This document shows positions 10,124 through 21,506 of a DNA stretch of 42,693 nt, piece by piece; position 1 is the first letter of the stretch; every line of letters starts with the position of its first letter. Origin of the DNA: Alphaproteobacteria bacterium (GTDB lineage: Bacteria > Pseudomonadota > Alphaproteobacteria > Micropepsales > Micropepsaceae); NCBI GenBank assembly GCA_028869725.1, contig JAGWRJ010000361.1, forward strand, positions 1 to 42,693, in the 5' to 3' direction. The notes under the pieces are model-generated. The model was not told the origin of the DNA. It saw nothing but the letters and a program-made list of their open reading frames with translations, and made no database searches. The translations under genes and the position numbers were made by a program.

Positions 10124-10744
10124 ATGCTTCTTTGGTCTGGAATCGCGCTGCTGCTGGGCGGCCTCCTCAGCTTTACGGTCGATCGGCGGGTGGTGCACTT
10201 CCTCCACGCCGTTGTGGACCGCCGCATGGAAATCGCCATCTGGCGGACGACCGACTGGGCCAAAGGCGCCCATTGGCTGATCCTGTCCATTCTTGCCTAT
10301 GGGGTGTCCTGGGCGGGGACGCGTCTGCTTGGCCCGAGCGACATCCTGCGGGACATGCGCCTGAGCTCCCTCGCCTTTCTCATCAGCCTGGGAACCGGCA
10401 GCATCATTCTGCATACGCTGAAGACCCTTCTGGGCCGCCGCCGGCCGCGCGACGAGCTGGAACTCGGGCTCTACGGGTTCCAGCCCTTCCGCATGAATTT
10501 CAAGAGCGATTCCTTTCCGTCTGGCCACGCCCTGACCATCTTCTGTGCAGCCGTTATTCTGTCTGGGACCGTCCCCGCGCTAACCCCCATCTGGTTTGCC
10601 ATCGCCCTTTATCTCGCGATGACGCGTGCGCTGCTGAACGCCCACTTCCTCAGTGACGTTTTCATAGGCTCCGGGATCGGGCTCTTAACAGCACGGCAGA
10701 TCATCATCTGGCTTTTTCCCAGCCTGACCCAACCCTGGTTCTGA
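10124..10744 (+). CDS. PAP2-family membrane phosphatase
   Basis: KTLLGRRRP (Kx6RP), [17 protein letters not shown] motifs and several hydrophobic helices. Confidence 0.85.
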   Translation: MLLWSGIALLLGGLLSFTVDRRVVHFLHAVVDRRMEIAIWRTTDWAKGAHWLILSILAYGVSWAGTRLLGPSDILRDMRLSSLAFLISLGTGSIILHTLKTLLGRRRPRDELELGLYGFQPFRMNFKSDSFPSGHALTIFCAAVILSGTVPALTPIWFAIALYLAMTRALLNAHFLSDVFIGSGIGLLTARQIIIWLFPSLTQPWF

Positions 10745-10749
10745 CACTC

Positions 10750-11436
10750 CTAGCGCTGCAAAATGGAGCGGGCGCTCTCCACTGCCTTCTGGGCGCCGCC
10801 GCTACCCTCCTCGCGCCGGGCAGCAAGATCGAGCGGCACCTTTATGCCTTTCTGCACGGCCGGGCGGCTGGCAATGGCATCCAGCCAGCGCTGCAGATGA
10901 TCAAGTCCCTCGACAGAGACACCGGACCAGGGATGGATGCGTACCCAGCACCAGTTGGCGATATCCGCGATGGAGTAGTCCCCGGCCAGGAATTCCTGAT
11001 CGGCAAGCGCGGAATTCAACACCTCGAAGAGGCGACGTGATTCATTCTGATAGCGGTCGATCGCCGGCTTATAGGTCTCGTGCCAATAGCGGAAAAAGAC
11101 GTTGGCCTGCCCCATCATCGGCCCGATGCCGCCCATCTGGAACATGAGCCAGGAGAGCACCTTCGCCCGTCCGGCTCCATCAGCGGGCAGAAGCCTGCCG
11201 GTCTTTTCCGCAAGATAAATCATGATCGCACCGGATTCGAACACCGCCAAGTTGTCGGCGTCGCGGTCTACGATCGCGGGAATGCGGCCGTTGGGATTGA
11301 TCTTAAGAAACCACGGCTCCTTCTGAACTGCCTTGGCCAGATCTATCGCATGGGTCTCATACGCAAGCCCGAGTTCTTCAAGGGTTACAGAGGCTTTCCA
11401 GCCATTCGGCGTAGGCGCGGTATAGAGGTCGATCAT
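10750..11436 (-). CDS. Glutathione S-transferase, Nu class (YfcG/YghU-like)
   Basis: [40 protein letters not shown]. Confidence 0.9.
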   Translation of the reverse strand: MIDLYTAPTPNGWKASVTLEELGLAYETHAIDLAKAVQKEPWFLKINPNGRIPAIVDRDADNLAVFESGAIMIYLAEKTGRLLPADGAGRAKVLSWLMFQMGGIGPMMGQANVFFRYWHETYKPAIDRYQNESRRLFEVLNSALADQEFLAGDYSIADIANWCWVRIHPWSGVSVEGLDHLQRWLDAIASRPAVQKGIKVPLDLAARREEGSGGAQKAVESARSILQR

Positions 11437-11470
11437 GGTGTCATTCCCCACACTCCGACAGTGATTGCTA

Positions 11471-12859
11471 TCATTTTTTGGTGTCTGAACCCAGTGCCTG
11501 ACTGCGGCGGCGCAATTCCACCTCAGCGCGCGTTGCGCGCTGGCGCGCTTCATCGAGGGGATAACCGACAAGTTGCCAGAGATTGATAAAGGACAGGACG
11601 ATGGGACAAAAAATAAAGAACAATCGCATGTGCTCGATCGCATGTGCCGAATTGGGCATCTTCGGATCAAATCCGAGCCAGGCCAGAATCCCGAAACTGA
11701 TGCCGACCGCCCAGCCCAGACCGAACTTGTTGGTCAGCGCCAGCAGCGAGTACATCACGCCTGCCCGCTCCGCGCCATGATGCGCAGCATCGAGATCAGC
11801 GACATCGGCCATCATCGCGCGCAGCAGGAATGATGGAGCGCCATAGTTTGCACCGCTCACCACAATGATGGCGAGGGCCGGCAGAAGATGTCCGGCAGGT
11901 ATCAGGAGATAGAGTGGCACCGTCACGAAGGTATAGGCGAAGGACAGGCGCAGCGTGCGATCCTTGCCAATGCGTTTGGCCAGCCACATCCAGGCCGGAA
12001 TAAAGATGATGCCGCTGACAAAATAGGCAAGCAGCAAGGTGCCGGCCCAGTCGCGAAGGCGCAGCGCCGAGTCGGCAAAAAAGAAAAACATGGCGCCAAG
12101 TGCCCCGGCAGACGTCGAGGCCAGGAGGTCCGCCAGGATGACCCGGCGCAGGGCTCCGTCGAACAGCAGGAACTTGACGGTAGACCAGAGTGGAGCATGG
12201 GTCTTGAGCAAAACCGGCGGCTCGGGAACCACGCCAACGACAAGTGCTATCGCCGGCAGCAAAAAGACCAGAGCAAAACATGCCATGGCCAGAACCTGAG
12301 TGGAAAGCTGATAGCCGCCAGCATGTTCAAGCAGAGCCGGAATCACGAGGACGCCGACCATGCCAACTATGATGGTGACCTGCGCCCAACCATAGATGCG
12401 ACTGCGCTCATGATAATCACTCGACAGCTCCGCACCCCAGGACAGATGGGGAATAGTGACCATCGACCAGCCCAGGTACATCAGGAACAGCCACAAACTG
12501 AGATGGAGTGGACTGACCGGGCCACCGGGAACGAAAACCATCCAGATTCCAAGTGCAAGAAGAGGTGTACCCAGCAGCACCATCGGCCGGCGCCTGCCAA
12601 ACGGGGTGCGCAGCCTGTCGCTGAGATAACCCATCAGCGGATCTATAAAGACATCGGCGATCCGGCACAGGCTGAACACCAGTCCCGTGGTGGCAAGACT
12701 GAGGCCCATTTCCCGGCTGGCGTAAAAGCGCGGCAGATGAACAACAATCGGCAGTCCCAGAGCCGCCAAAGGCAGATTTGGCAGAACATAGGAAAAGACC
12801 CGAAACGCCGTCAGGCGATGGCTGCTCTCGGAGTGCGGTTTAAGTGCGGAATGCTCCAT
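11471..12859 (-). CDS. MFS transporter, glycoside-pentoside-hexuronide (MelB-like) family
   Basis: [36 protein letters not shown], about 12 hydrophobic segments. Confidence 0.85.
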   Translation of the reverse strand: MEHSALKPHSESSHRLTAFRVFSYVLPNLPLAALGLPIVVHLPRFYASREMGLSLATTGLVFSLCRIADVFIDPLMGYLSDRLRTPFGRRRPMVLLGTPLLALGIWMVFVPGGPVSPLHLSLWLFLMYLGWSMVTIPHLSWGAELSSDYHERSRIYGWAQVTIIVGMVGVLVIPALLEHAGGYQLSTQVLAMACFALVFLLPAIALVVGVVPEPPVLLKTHAPLWSTVKFLLFDGALRRVILADLLASTSAGALGAMFFFFADSALRLRDWAGTLLLAYFVSGIIFIPAWMWLAKRIGKDRTLRLSFAYTFVTVPLYLLIPAGHLLPALAIIVVSGANYGAPSFLLRAMMADVADLDAAHHGAERAGVMYSLLALTNKFGLGWAVGISFGILAWLGFDPKMPNSAHAIEHMRLFFIFCPIVLSFINLWQLVGYPLDEARQRATRAEVELRRRSQALGSDTKK

Positions 12860-12869
12860 GAAGATGTCG

Positions 12870-13538
12870 CTAGGCTGCCCGAAAGCGAGCGATGACGCTG
12901 CGTTCCTCGTCCAGTAGAGCCGCAAAGGACGGGCGTGCATGAACGCGGGCAATGTAGGCCGAAAGCTGAGGCCAACGCTGCTTGGACGGCACTTCACCAG
13001 CATGATCAAAATTGACGAACATCGAGCCCACGGCAATGTCGGCAATGGAAAAGCGTTCGCCAACAAAGAACTGGTGGGTTCCGATCTCGCGCTCCAGATA
13101 ATCGAATAATGGCGGAATTTTCTGGGTCAAGGTCCTGGTGCAGACCTCCTCATCAGGCTCCTGGCGCAACATGCGCTTTACGATGCGCTCAAAGAACAGT
13201 CCCCGCCCAATGGTCTCGGCGACCGCGCTGTCTGCATACTCCTCGAACCAGAGTGCCCGTGCCCGATCAAATGCACCTTTGGGATAAAGAGGCGGCTCGG
13301 GATATTTGTGCTCCAGGTAATCGCAGATCACGCTCGAGTCAGGCAGCGTGTTGGGTTCAGGCTGATCGGTATCGCGCAGCACTGGTATGCGCTTGAGCGG
13401 ACTGATGGCCAGGAACTCCGGCGGCGGCGTGAACGGATTGACCTGATCCAGCCGGTAGTCGATCCCCTTTTCGATCAATACCACACGCACTTTTCGTACA
13501 AACGGAGAGACGCTGCCTCCATACACGATCAGGCTCAT
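12870..13538 (-). CDS. Glutathione S-transferase family protein
   Basis: SPFVRKV, SPLKRIPVL, DSSVICDYLE, FSIADIA. Confidence 0.9.
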   Translation of the reverse strand: MSLIVYGGSVSPFVRKVRVVLIEKGIDYRLDQVNPFTPPPEFLAISPLKRIPVLRDTDQPEPNTLPDSSVICDYLEHKYPEPPLYPKGAFDRARALWFEEYADSAVAETIGRGLFFERIVKRMLRQEPDEEVCTRTLTQKIPPLFDYLEREIGTHQFFVGERFSIADIAVGSMFVNFDHAGEVPSKQRWPQLSAYIARVHARPSFAALLDEERSVIARFRAA

Positions 13539-13565
13539 GCACGACGATCCTTTCCACCGGTCAGA

Positions 13566-13579
13566 TTGACAGGGTGTCA
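13566..13579. promoter_or_regulatory. Candidate operator palindrome TGACA-N3-TGTCA overlapping a TTGACA -35-like hexamer
   Basis: Perfect 5-bp inverted repeat at 13567-13571 / 13575-13579 in the divergent intergenic region. Confidence 0.4.
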
Positions 13580-13677
13580 GTTCCGTCGCACAGGATCAAG
13601 CACAGGAATTTTCGGGACGGGACTGGCGCTGCGCCATGCCGCACCGCCTGTGCGCCAAACAACAGGGAGAGCCATAC

Positions 13678-14331
13678 GTGACGTTCAATGTCGATCTGTT
13701 CTGGTCATTCCGCAGTCCGTATTCCTATCTGGCGACACCCCGACTGGTCGAGCTGACGCGCCGATACGACCTCGCGATCACCGCCCGTCCGGTCTATCCG
13801 CTTGCCGTACGTCAGGCGCAGTTCTTCGATCACGTACATCCACAATGGATTCCCTATCTACTGCGTGACACTGCCCGCATCGCCGAAATGCAGGGACTGG
13901 CCTATCGCTGGCCCAGTCCCGACCCGGTAAAGATCGACCCGGCCACGCGGCATGGCACACCGGATCAGCCCCATATTCACTGGCTGACCCGCCTTGGCTG
14001 CGCCGCCGAAGAGGCCGGCCACGGCCTCGCATTCCTCCATGAGGCCAGTCGCGTAATCTGGGGCGGTACCAAGGACTGGCACCTGGGCGACCATCTCGCC
14101 CAGGCTGCCGCGCGGGCCGGACTTGATTTTGGCACGCTACGTGCCAATATAGATGCGAGACCGGAGAAGTACGAAGCCATCATCCAGGAAAATCAGCGGG
14201 CGCATGAAGCAGCCGGCCACTGGGGTGTTCCCACCATGGTGTTCGAGGGCGAGCCCTTTTTCGGCCAGGATCGCATCGACATTCTGGAATGGCGGCTCAA
14301 GCAGAACGGACTGATCGAAAGAGGAAAATAG
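13678..14331 (+). CDS. 2-hydroxychromene-2-carboxylate isomerase / kappa-class GST (DsbA family)
   Basis: WSFRSPYSYL, HWGVPT, FFGQDR. GGGAG RBS precedes GTG 13678. Confidence 0.85.
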   Translation: MTFNVDLFWSFRSPYSYLATPRLVELTRRYDLAITARPVYPLAVRQAQFFDHVHPQWIPYLLRDTARIAEMQGLAYRWPSPDPVKIDPATRHGTPDQPHIHWLTRLGCAAEEAGHGLAFLHEASRVIWGGTKDWHLGDHLAQAAARAGLDFGTLRANIDARPEKYEAIIQENQRAHEAAGHWGVPTMVFEGEPFFGQDRIDILEWRLKQNGLIERGK

Positions 14332-15414
14332 ATGCGGCTTGTCGCGCTTGTTCTTGGCCTTGGAGGAGTTGTCCTTCTGGCCATTGGCGTGCTGGCGACC
14401 CGCATTCCCTCCACGGGGCTTTATCTCTTCAAGCGCCTGGCCACACGCAGGATCGCACGAGGGCGCCGGCATCTTGCCGACAGCGACGAGCTCGCCGTAC
14501 TGCTCTGCGGTACCGGCTCCCCTCTTCCCGATCCTAGTCGTGCAGGACCAAGCGCACTGGTCGCGGCAGGAAACCGGCTGTTTCTCGTCGACGCCGGCAC
14601 TGCCAGCGTGCGCAACCTGCTGCTGTGGCGCGTACCCTTGAACCAGGTGCAGGCCGTCCTCGTGACACACTTTCATTCCGATCACATCGCCGAACTCGAC
14701 GAAATCAATCTGCAGACCTGGGTCAGCGGCCGCGATGCGCCGCTCCGAGTGTGCGGTCCGCCGGGGGTGGACGAGGTCGTCACTGGCTTCAATCAGGCTT
14801 TTGGGCAGGATGCAGCCTATCGCTCAGCGCATCACGGCGAGGACTTCCTGCCACCGGCTGCCGCCCGGATGCAGGCGGTAACCGTCGCCATTCCATCCGA
14901 AAGTGGTACTGCCCTGGTGCTTCAATCCGAGGACCTGACCATCACCGCTATTCGTGTGCAGCACGACCCCGTAGAGCCTGCCTATGGCTACCGCTTCGAT
15001 TACAAGGGCCGCAGCGTGGTGATCTCGGGCGATACCATTGCCGACAAAAATCTTGCCCACGCCGCCCGAGATGCCGACGTCCTCGTTCATGATGCCCTCA
15101 ATCCGCAGATGGTCGCAGCGCTCGGCGAGGCTATGACAGCGACCGGAAACCTCCGTCCCGCCAAAATCATGCAGGATGTTCCGGGCTATCACGCAAGCCC
15201 GATTGACGCGGCCGAAGTTGCCAACACAGCCGGGGCGCGTCTTCTCGTCTTCACCCATATGGTGCCGATGCTGCCCAATGCCGCTGCGGAGCGCCTCTTC
15301 CTTAGCGGCGTTTCAGCAGTACGGCCCAACGGCGTCAAACTTGGTCATGACGGCCTACTCATCCGTCTTCCTGCGCACAGCACCGCCATCAATACCACGA
15401 CCCTGCGTGCCTAG
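14332..15414 (+). CDS. N-terminally anchored MBL-fold hydrolase (RNase Z/AtsA arylsulfatase-like)
   Basis: CGTGSP, THFHSDH, ISGDT, YHAS, FTHMVP. Hydrophobic N-terminus; starts immediately after the upstream stop. Confidence 0.82.
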   Translation: MRLVALVLGLGGVVLLAIGVLATRIPSTGLYLFKRLATRRIARGRRHLADSDELAVLLCGTGSPLPDPSRAGPSALVAAGNRLFLVDAGTASVRNLLLWRVPLNQVQAVLVTHFHSDHIAELDEINLQTWVSGRDAPLRVCGPPGVDEVVTGFNQAFGQDAAYRSAHHGEDFLPPAAARMQAVTVAIPSESGTALVLQSEDLTITAIRVQHDPVEPAYGYRFDYKGRSVVISGDTIADKNLAHAARDADVLVHDALNPQMVAALGEAMTATGNLRPAKIMQDVPGYHASPIDAAEVANTAGARLLVFTHMVPMLPNAAAERLFLSGVSAVRPNGVKLGHDGLLIRLPAHSTAINTTTLRA

Positions 15415-15869
15415 GTCCGTCGCGCGCGGAAGAACGTCTTCAGCAGCGTGCCTGCGGCCTCGGACTGATCGAGCAGACGTACGACCTGCGGACGGTGATG
15501 ACAGGTTGGCTGGGCAAAGAATGTCGGTCCGTGAAGCACCGCGCCGCCCTTCGGATCCGCAGCCGCGAAGACGAGGCGGGCAACGCGGGCAAGGCTGATC
15601 GCTCCAGCACACATCGCGCACGGCTCGAGCGTGACGTAAAGAGTGGTATCGACCAGCCGCTCATTACCAAGGCGCAAGGCGGCCTCGCGCAGTACCAGGA
15701 TCTCGGCATGGGCCGTGGGATCGCGCAGTTCCAGGATGCGGTTGCCCGCGCGGGCGAGCAGGTCGCCAGAGGCGTCGGTAAGGGCCGCGCCCACAGGGAC
15801 TTCCCCCCGCGCGCCGGCCAGTTCGGCCTCCTTCAGGGCCATCATCATGACCGCCTCGTCCGTCATCAT
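15411..15869 (-). CDS. tadA: tRNA-specific adenosine deaminase
   Basis: GEVPVGA, DPTAHAE, TLEPCAMC, DPKGG, FF motif at the C-terminus. Confidence 0.88.
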   Translation of the reverse strand: MMTDEAVMMMALKEAELAGARGEVPVGAALTDASGDLLARAGNRILELRDPTAHAEILVLREAALRLGNERLVDTTLYVTLEPCAMCAGAISLARVARLVFAAADPKGGAVLHGPTFFAQPTCHHRPQVVRLLDQSEAAGTLLKTFFRARRT

Positions 15870-15931
15870 CCTTGCCTGCCGTTCACCAAGTCGCTAGGCG
15901 ATAATCCTTTCCGCCAAGGCGAGCAATCCAG

Positions 15932-16684
15932 ATGGACGAAACCGACAACAAGGGCGACAGGATCGCCAAGCTCATGGCCCGGTCCGGCGTGTGCTCGCGA
16001 CGTGACGCGGAGAAGCTGATCGCGGAAGGACGGGTCACGCTTAATGGCCAGGCCGTGACGACGCCAGCGACCAAGGTGTCAGGCCCCGCCGTGATCGCGG
16101 TCGACGGCAAACCGATCGCCGAACCCGAACAGACGCGCCTCTGGCGCTATCACAAGCCAGCAGGGCTTGTAACCACGCACCGCGATCCGCAAGGCCGGCC
16201 AACCGTATTCCAGAACCTTCCACAGGGTCTGCCACGCGTACTGTCGGTCGGGCGTCTCGATGTCAATTCCGAGGGACTTCTGCTTCTCACCAATGATGGT
16301 GAAATCGCCCGGCGGCTCGAACATCCGTCCGCGGGCCTTTTACGCACCTATCGTGTCAGGCTGTTTGGCCGCATCGACCAAGCTGCGCTCGACCGTCTGG
16401 CCGAAGGCATTACCGTCGATGGAGTCCGCTACGGGCCGGTACTTGCGGATCTGGAACGCAGCAAGGGCCCCTATGCATGGGTTCAGATTCGTCTCAAGGA
16501 AGGCAAGAACCGCGAGATCAAGCGGCTTATGGAACATCTGGGCTGCAAGGTCGCCCGGCTGATCCGCATTCAGTACGGCCCCTTCCATCTTGGACATCTG
16601 CCAGAGGGCGCCGTCGAAGAGATCCCGGCCAAACTCTGGCGCCAGCATCTGGGCATCGGTCGCAAAAGGCGGGCGCGGGAATGA
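15932..16684 (+). CDS. RsuA/RluB-family rRNA pseudouridine synthase
   Basis: S4 domain (RIAK..GVCSRR), HKPAG, GRLDVNSEGLLL, EGKNREI. Confidence 0.9.
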   Translation: MDETDNKGDRIAKLMARSGVCSRRDAEKLIAEGRVTLNGQAVTTPATKVSGPAVIAVDGKPIAEPEQTRLWRYHKPAGLVTTHRDPQGRPTVFQNLPQGLPRVLSVGRLDVNSEGLLLLTNDGEIARRLEHPSAGLLRTYRVRLFGRIDQAALDRLAEGITVDGVRYGPVLADLERSKGPYAWVQIRLKEGKNREIKRLMEHLGCKVARLIRIQYGPFHLGHLPEGAVEEIPAKLWRQHLGIGRKRRARE

Positions 16685-16693
16685 TCCAGAGCC

Positions 16694-16719
16694 CCCGGCG
16701 CGGAGCGAGCCGCGCCGGG
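16694..16719. terminator. GC hairpin between convergent genes
   Basis: 10-bp stem CCCGGCGCGG / CCGCGCCGGG with a 6-nt loop. No clear U-tract. Confidence 0.4.
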
Positions 16720-16727
16720 TCCACTCT

Positions 16728-17114
16728 TTAGCGACGACCGTCCCGGTCCTCATGACGCCATCTGCTGGCATGATCGTCATAGCCGCGCCAGCCATCATGG
16801 TCGCCATAGCCCCGCCCATAACCGCCAGAGCCGTTGACGTAGATCTGGGCACCATAACTGGCGGCGGGAGCATAGCTGCCATAGGGGTAATAACCGCCTC
16901 CATAGCCGTAGTAACTGTCAGCCGGATAGCTGGGCCCGGAGTGGGACGTAGCTGCGATGATGGCAAGCGCGGCAATACCAAGGCCCGCCGCCAAAGCTAC
17001 GCCGTTACCATCGCTCCTGTGTTCGCGCCACCCATAGCCTCTGTCACCATGGGCAAAGGCCGCGGTGGAGCCGAGCAGACTGAGAGCGAGCGCAGCCGCA
17101 AATAACTTTTTCAT
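16728..17114 (-). CDS. Small secreted Gly/Tyr-rich hypothetical protein
   Basis: Sec signal MKKLFAAALALSLLGSTAAFA, internal hydrophobic helix, YG-rich low-complexity tail. GAAAGG RBS. Confidence 0.75.
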   Translation of the reverse strand: MKKLFAAALALSLLGSTAAFAHGDRGYGWREHRSDGNGVALAAGLGIAALAIIAATSHSGPSYPADSYYGYGGGYYPYGSYAPAASYGAQIYVNGSGGYGRGYGDHDGWRGYDDHASRWRHEDRDGRR

Positions 17115-17331
17115 GGCCTATCGCCTTTCTTTGACCGGAACCCGGACACGTGCCCGGTTTCACGCTGTCACGATGGCGCCCTGGCCGTGAACCCAGCCTG
17201 AACCGAATGAGGCATTACCAAGGCAGTGCATGCCATTTGCGCCTGAACCACGCGTACCAACCGCGCGCGCCCTTGCGCTGGCCGCTCGCGCGCAGAAACA
17301 CCGCCCCATGTGGCCCTATTTTGTCACAGGC

Positions 17332-17913
17332 TCAGCTCGCACAGGCGCTCACGAACTCGGCGAGTGAAATCACCTCTGCCTGGCGCGGAAACACCTTGTC
17401 CATGAGCACGCGATGAACGTCCGGATCGGGGTCGGCGCAGCAATCAGACAGAACGAGCATGCGAAGATCCCTGTCGGCGCCATCACGCAGCGTTGACAGC
17501 ACCACACCCGAGGTCGCAAGACCAGATAGCACCAGCGTGTGAATAGCCCTCGTGGCAAGACGCGCTCCTAGCTGCGTGGTCGAGAAAGCTCCGACCCGAC
17601 GCTTGCGAAACACCTCCTCGTCAGGCGCGGACGCAAGCTGCGTGATGAGTTGCGTCGCTGCATCATGATCGGCAAGCCGGCCGCTGGCGGCGGCCGCCGC
17701 GAAGATGCGATTCTGCGCAGGCACCGCAGCAGCTTCTTCCGCAGTAAGGGCAACCCGGATATGCATCACCGCAATACCGGCTTTGCGGGCGGCCTGGCGC
17801 GCCTGCGCCGCACGCTCGGCACACTGGGCACCTTCAGCGCCAAACATCGCAACAATCCCGTTCTGAAAATCCATCAGCAGGAGCGCCGTGCGGGCCCTGT
17901 CAAGTGCAAGCAT
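17332..17913 (-). CDS. Isochorismatase-family hydrolase
   Basis: LLLMDFQN, FRKRRVGAF, GLATSGVVLST, DCCAD. Start placed at ATG 17913. Confidence 0.85.
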   Translation of the reverse strand: MLALDRARTALLLMDFQNGIVAMFGAEGAQCAERAAQARQAARKAGIAVMHIRVALTAEEAAAVPAQNRIFAAAAASGRLADHDAATQLITQLASAPDEEVFRKRRVGAFSTTQLGARLATRAIHTLVLSGLATSGVVLSTLRDGADRDLRMLVLSDCCADPDPDVHRVLMDKVFPRQAEVISLAEFVSACAS

Positions 17914-18002
17914 GTGTCTGACTTTCCACTTCGCGATGATGTCCAAACACGGAGGTACGCGCGTACTCCGAGAACTGCCTGTCACCGCCCTGTCTTGCGC
18001 TT

Positions 18003-19862
<1,860 letters not shown>

Positions 19863-19869
19863 TTACGCC

Positions 19870-19965
19870 ATCCGCTCCCTACGCCGGTCTTAACCGGATC
19901 AGGTTCTAAGGGACTCCGCCGCAGCGGATCTCAGCCTCGTTCATCGAAGCGCCCCCGGGATCGGC
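19870..19965 (-). ncRNA. TPP riboswitch aptamer
   Basis: Minus strand reads GGGG...GCTGAGA...CCCTTAGAACCTGATCCGGTTAAGACCGGCGTAGGGA, the TPP consensus, directly upstream of thiC. Ends are approximate. Confidence 0.95.
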
Positions 19966-20021
19966 GCTGAGTTTGGGCGCCCCATTCCACAAGTCAAGGC
20001 CCGCCCCTATAGTTCTCAGCA

Positions 20022-20528
20022 ATGGATGCGAATATTTCAATTCGCCCAGCCCGGCCGCACGAAGCGGTCGCAGTGGCAGCGGTATTTTCCGCAGCGCGGG
20101 AGCAGATGGGCTTCTTGCCGCGACTGCACAGTCGTGACGAGGAGCACGATTTTATCTGCGCCATCTTTCGACGTGAACAGATCATCGTGGCCGAGTGGAA
20201 CAGGACAGTTTGCGGCTTTGCCGCCTGCCACGGCGATTGGCTCAATCATCTCTATGTGCACCCCGACATGCAGGGCCGGGGCTGTGGCGACCTGTTGTTG
20301 GCCGGCAGCAAAGCCACATCTCAAGGCGTTCTTCAGTTGTGGTGTTTTGTGCGCAACACGCGCGCCCGGAAGTTCTATGAATGCCGCGGCTTCACAGCTG
20401 TCGAATTCACGGATGGATCGCGTAACGCGGAAGGGCTGCCCGATATCCGGTATGTCTGGCGCGCTCCGCCAGATGGCACACTGACCGCGCGCCTGCGCCC
20501 GGCGCTGGTTAGGAGGCAAAGCCCGTGA
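20022..20528 (+). CDS. GNAT-family N-acetyltransferase
   Basis: HLYVHPDMQGRGCG acetyl-CoA motif A, N..ARKFYE..GF, N.EG.PD. Confidence 0.82.
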   Translation: MDANISIRPARPHEAVAVAAVFSAAREQMGFLPRLHSRDEEHDFICAIFRREQIIVAEWNRTVCGFAACHGDWLNHLYVHPDMQGRGCGDLLLAGSKATSQGVLQLWCFVRNTRARKFYECRGFTAVEFTDGSRNAEGLPDIRYVWRAPPDGTLTARLRPALVRRQSP

Positions 20529-21471
20529 GCACGATTTTCTGACTGCCGCCCTGCTCCAGCATCCGGTAGGCCGTAACTCCATCCTCTGCGGCCCATTCCA
20601 CCGCCTGGCACGGGAGCGTAAGTCCTCCGTTCACAAAGCCTTGTGCCAGGCGCTCGAGAATCCGTGCGCAGGCACGCGCATCATAGAGAAGCGAGTTGAC
20701 GCCGATCAGGCTGCCGCCGCGGCGATAGAGGCTCAAGGTTGGCAGTTCGACCGTCCCACTTGGCGGGGCCGCAATGATGACGAGCCGGCCGAATGCCGCC
20801 AGTGCCTCAACGCAGGCCGCCGTCCAGGCTCCAGTAGTATCGAAGACAATGTCCACCCCCGCGCCAAACGCGGCTGACAGCGCAACACTCAGCTGCTCCG
20901 TACCCAGCTGGATCACCCGGTGGCCCGCTGCCGCCAGTTCCTGCGCCTGTTCCGTACGGCGCACCGCGATGACGGTGTCGGCCCCGCGCCAACGGGCAAG
21001 CGCAAGAGCCGCGCGCCCGACAGCCCCAGCTCCGACGATCAGCACACGTGCATGGGCGTGCAAACCGGCCCGCTCCAGACCATCCCACGCGGTCACATAG
21101 GGCACGCCAAGACTAGCTGCCTGCGCCCAACTCAGACCATCCGGCATCGTCGCAACGCCATCCTCGGGGACCACGACAAAACCTGCGTGGCTGCCATCAG
21201 CGGTAAAACCGAGTTCCTTGCCGCTGCCAAACACACGCTGACCGATGCGCGACGCGGGGCCGGCTATGATTTCGCCTGCAAAATCGCGCCCGGGGACACG
21301 TGGGAGTGTCGTATAAGCAAAACGCCCCAGAACATTTTTGACGTCCGACGGATTGATACCGGCGGCAGCGACGCGCACCAGCACTTCGCCTGGACGCATT
21401 TCTGGAACAGGCAGTTCGACGAGCTTGAGGTGGTCGAGCGAACCAGTGCGATCAAACTGCAAGGCTTTCAT
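20509..21471 (-). CDS. NAD(P)H quinone oxidoreductase-like MDR family protein
   Basis: GINPSD, PGRDFAG, GAGAVG nucleotide-binding motif. No zinc ligands. Confidence 0.85.
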   Translation of the reverse strand: MKALQFDRTGSLDHLKLVELPVPEMRPGEVLVRVAAAGINPSDVKNVLGRFAYTTLPRVPGRDFAGEIIAGPASRIGQRVFGSGKELGFTADGSHAGFVVVPEDGVATMPDGLSWAQAASLGVPYVTAWDGLERAGLHAHARVLIVGAGAVGRAALALARWRGADTVIAVRRTEQAQELAAAGHRVIQLGTEQLSVALSAAFGAGVDIVFDTTGAWTAACVEALAAFGRLVIIAAPPSGTVELPTLSLYRRGGSLIGVNSLLYDARACARILERLAQGFVNGGLTLPCQAVEWAAEDGVTAYRMLEQGGSQKIVLTGFAS

Positions 21472-21506
21472 AGGCCAGACGCTTTCGGCATCGGAGAGCC
21501 ACCCAC

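Noticed and set aside
9998-10528. 176-aa N-terminal extension of the acyl-CoA dehydrogenase ORF
   Set aside because: It is mostly the antisense shadow of the PAP2 gene. A strong RBS precedes ATG 9997.
20022-20528. GNAT gene as a toxin of a toxin-antitoxin pair
   Set aside because: No adjacent small RHH/DUF1778-type antitoxin ORF. The sequence looks like a generic small-molecule acetyltransferase.
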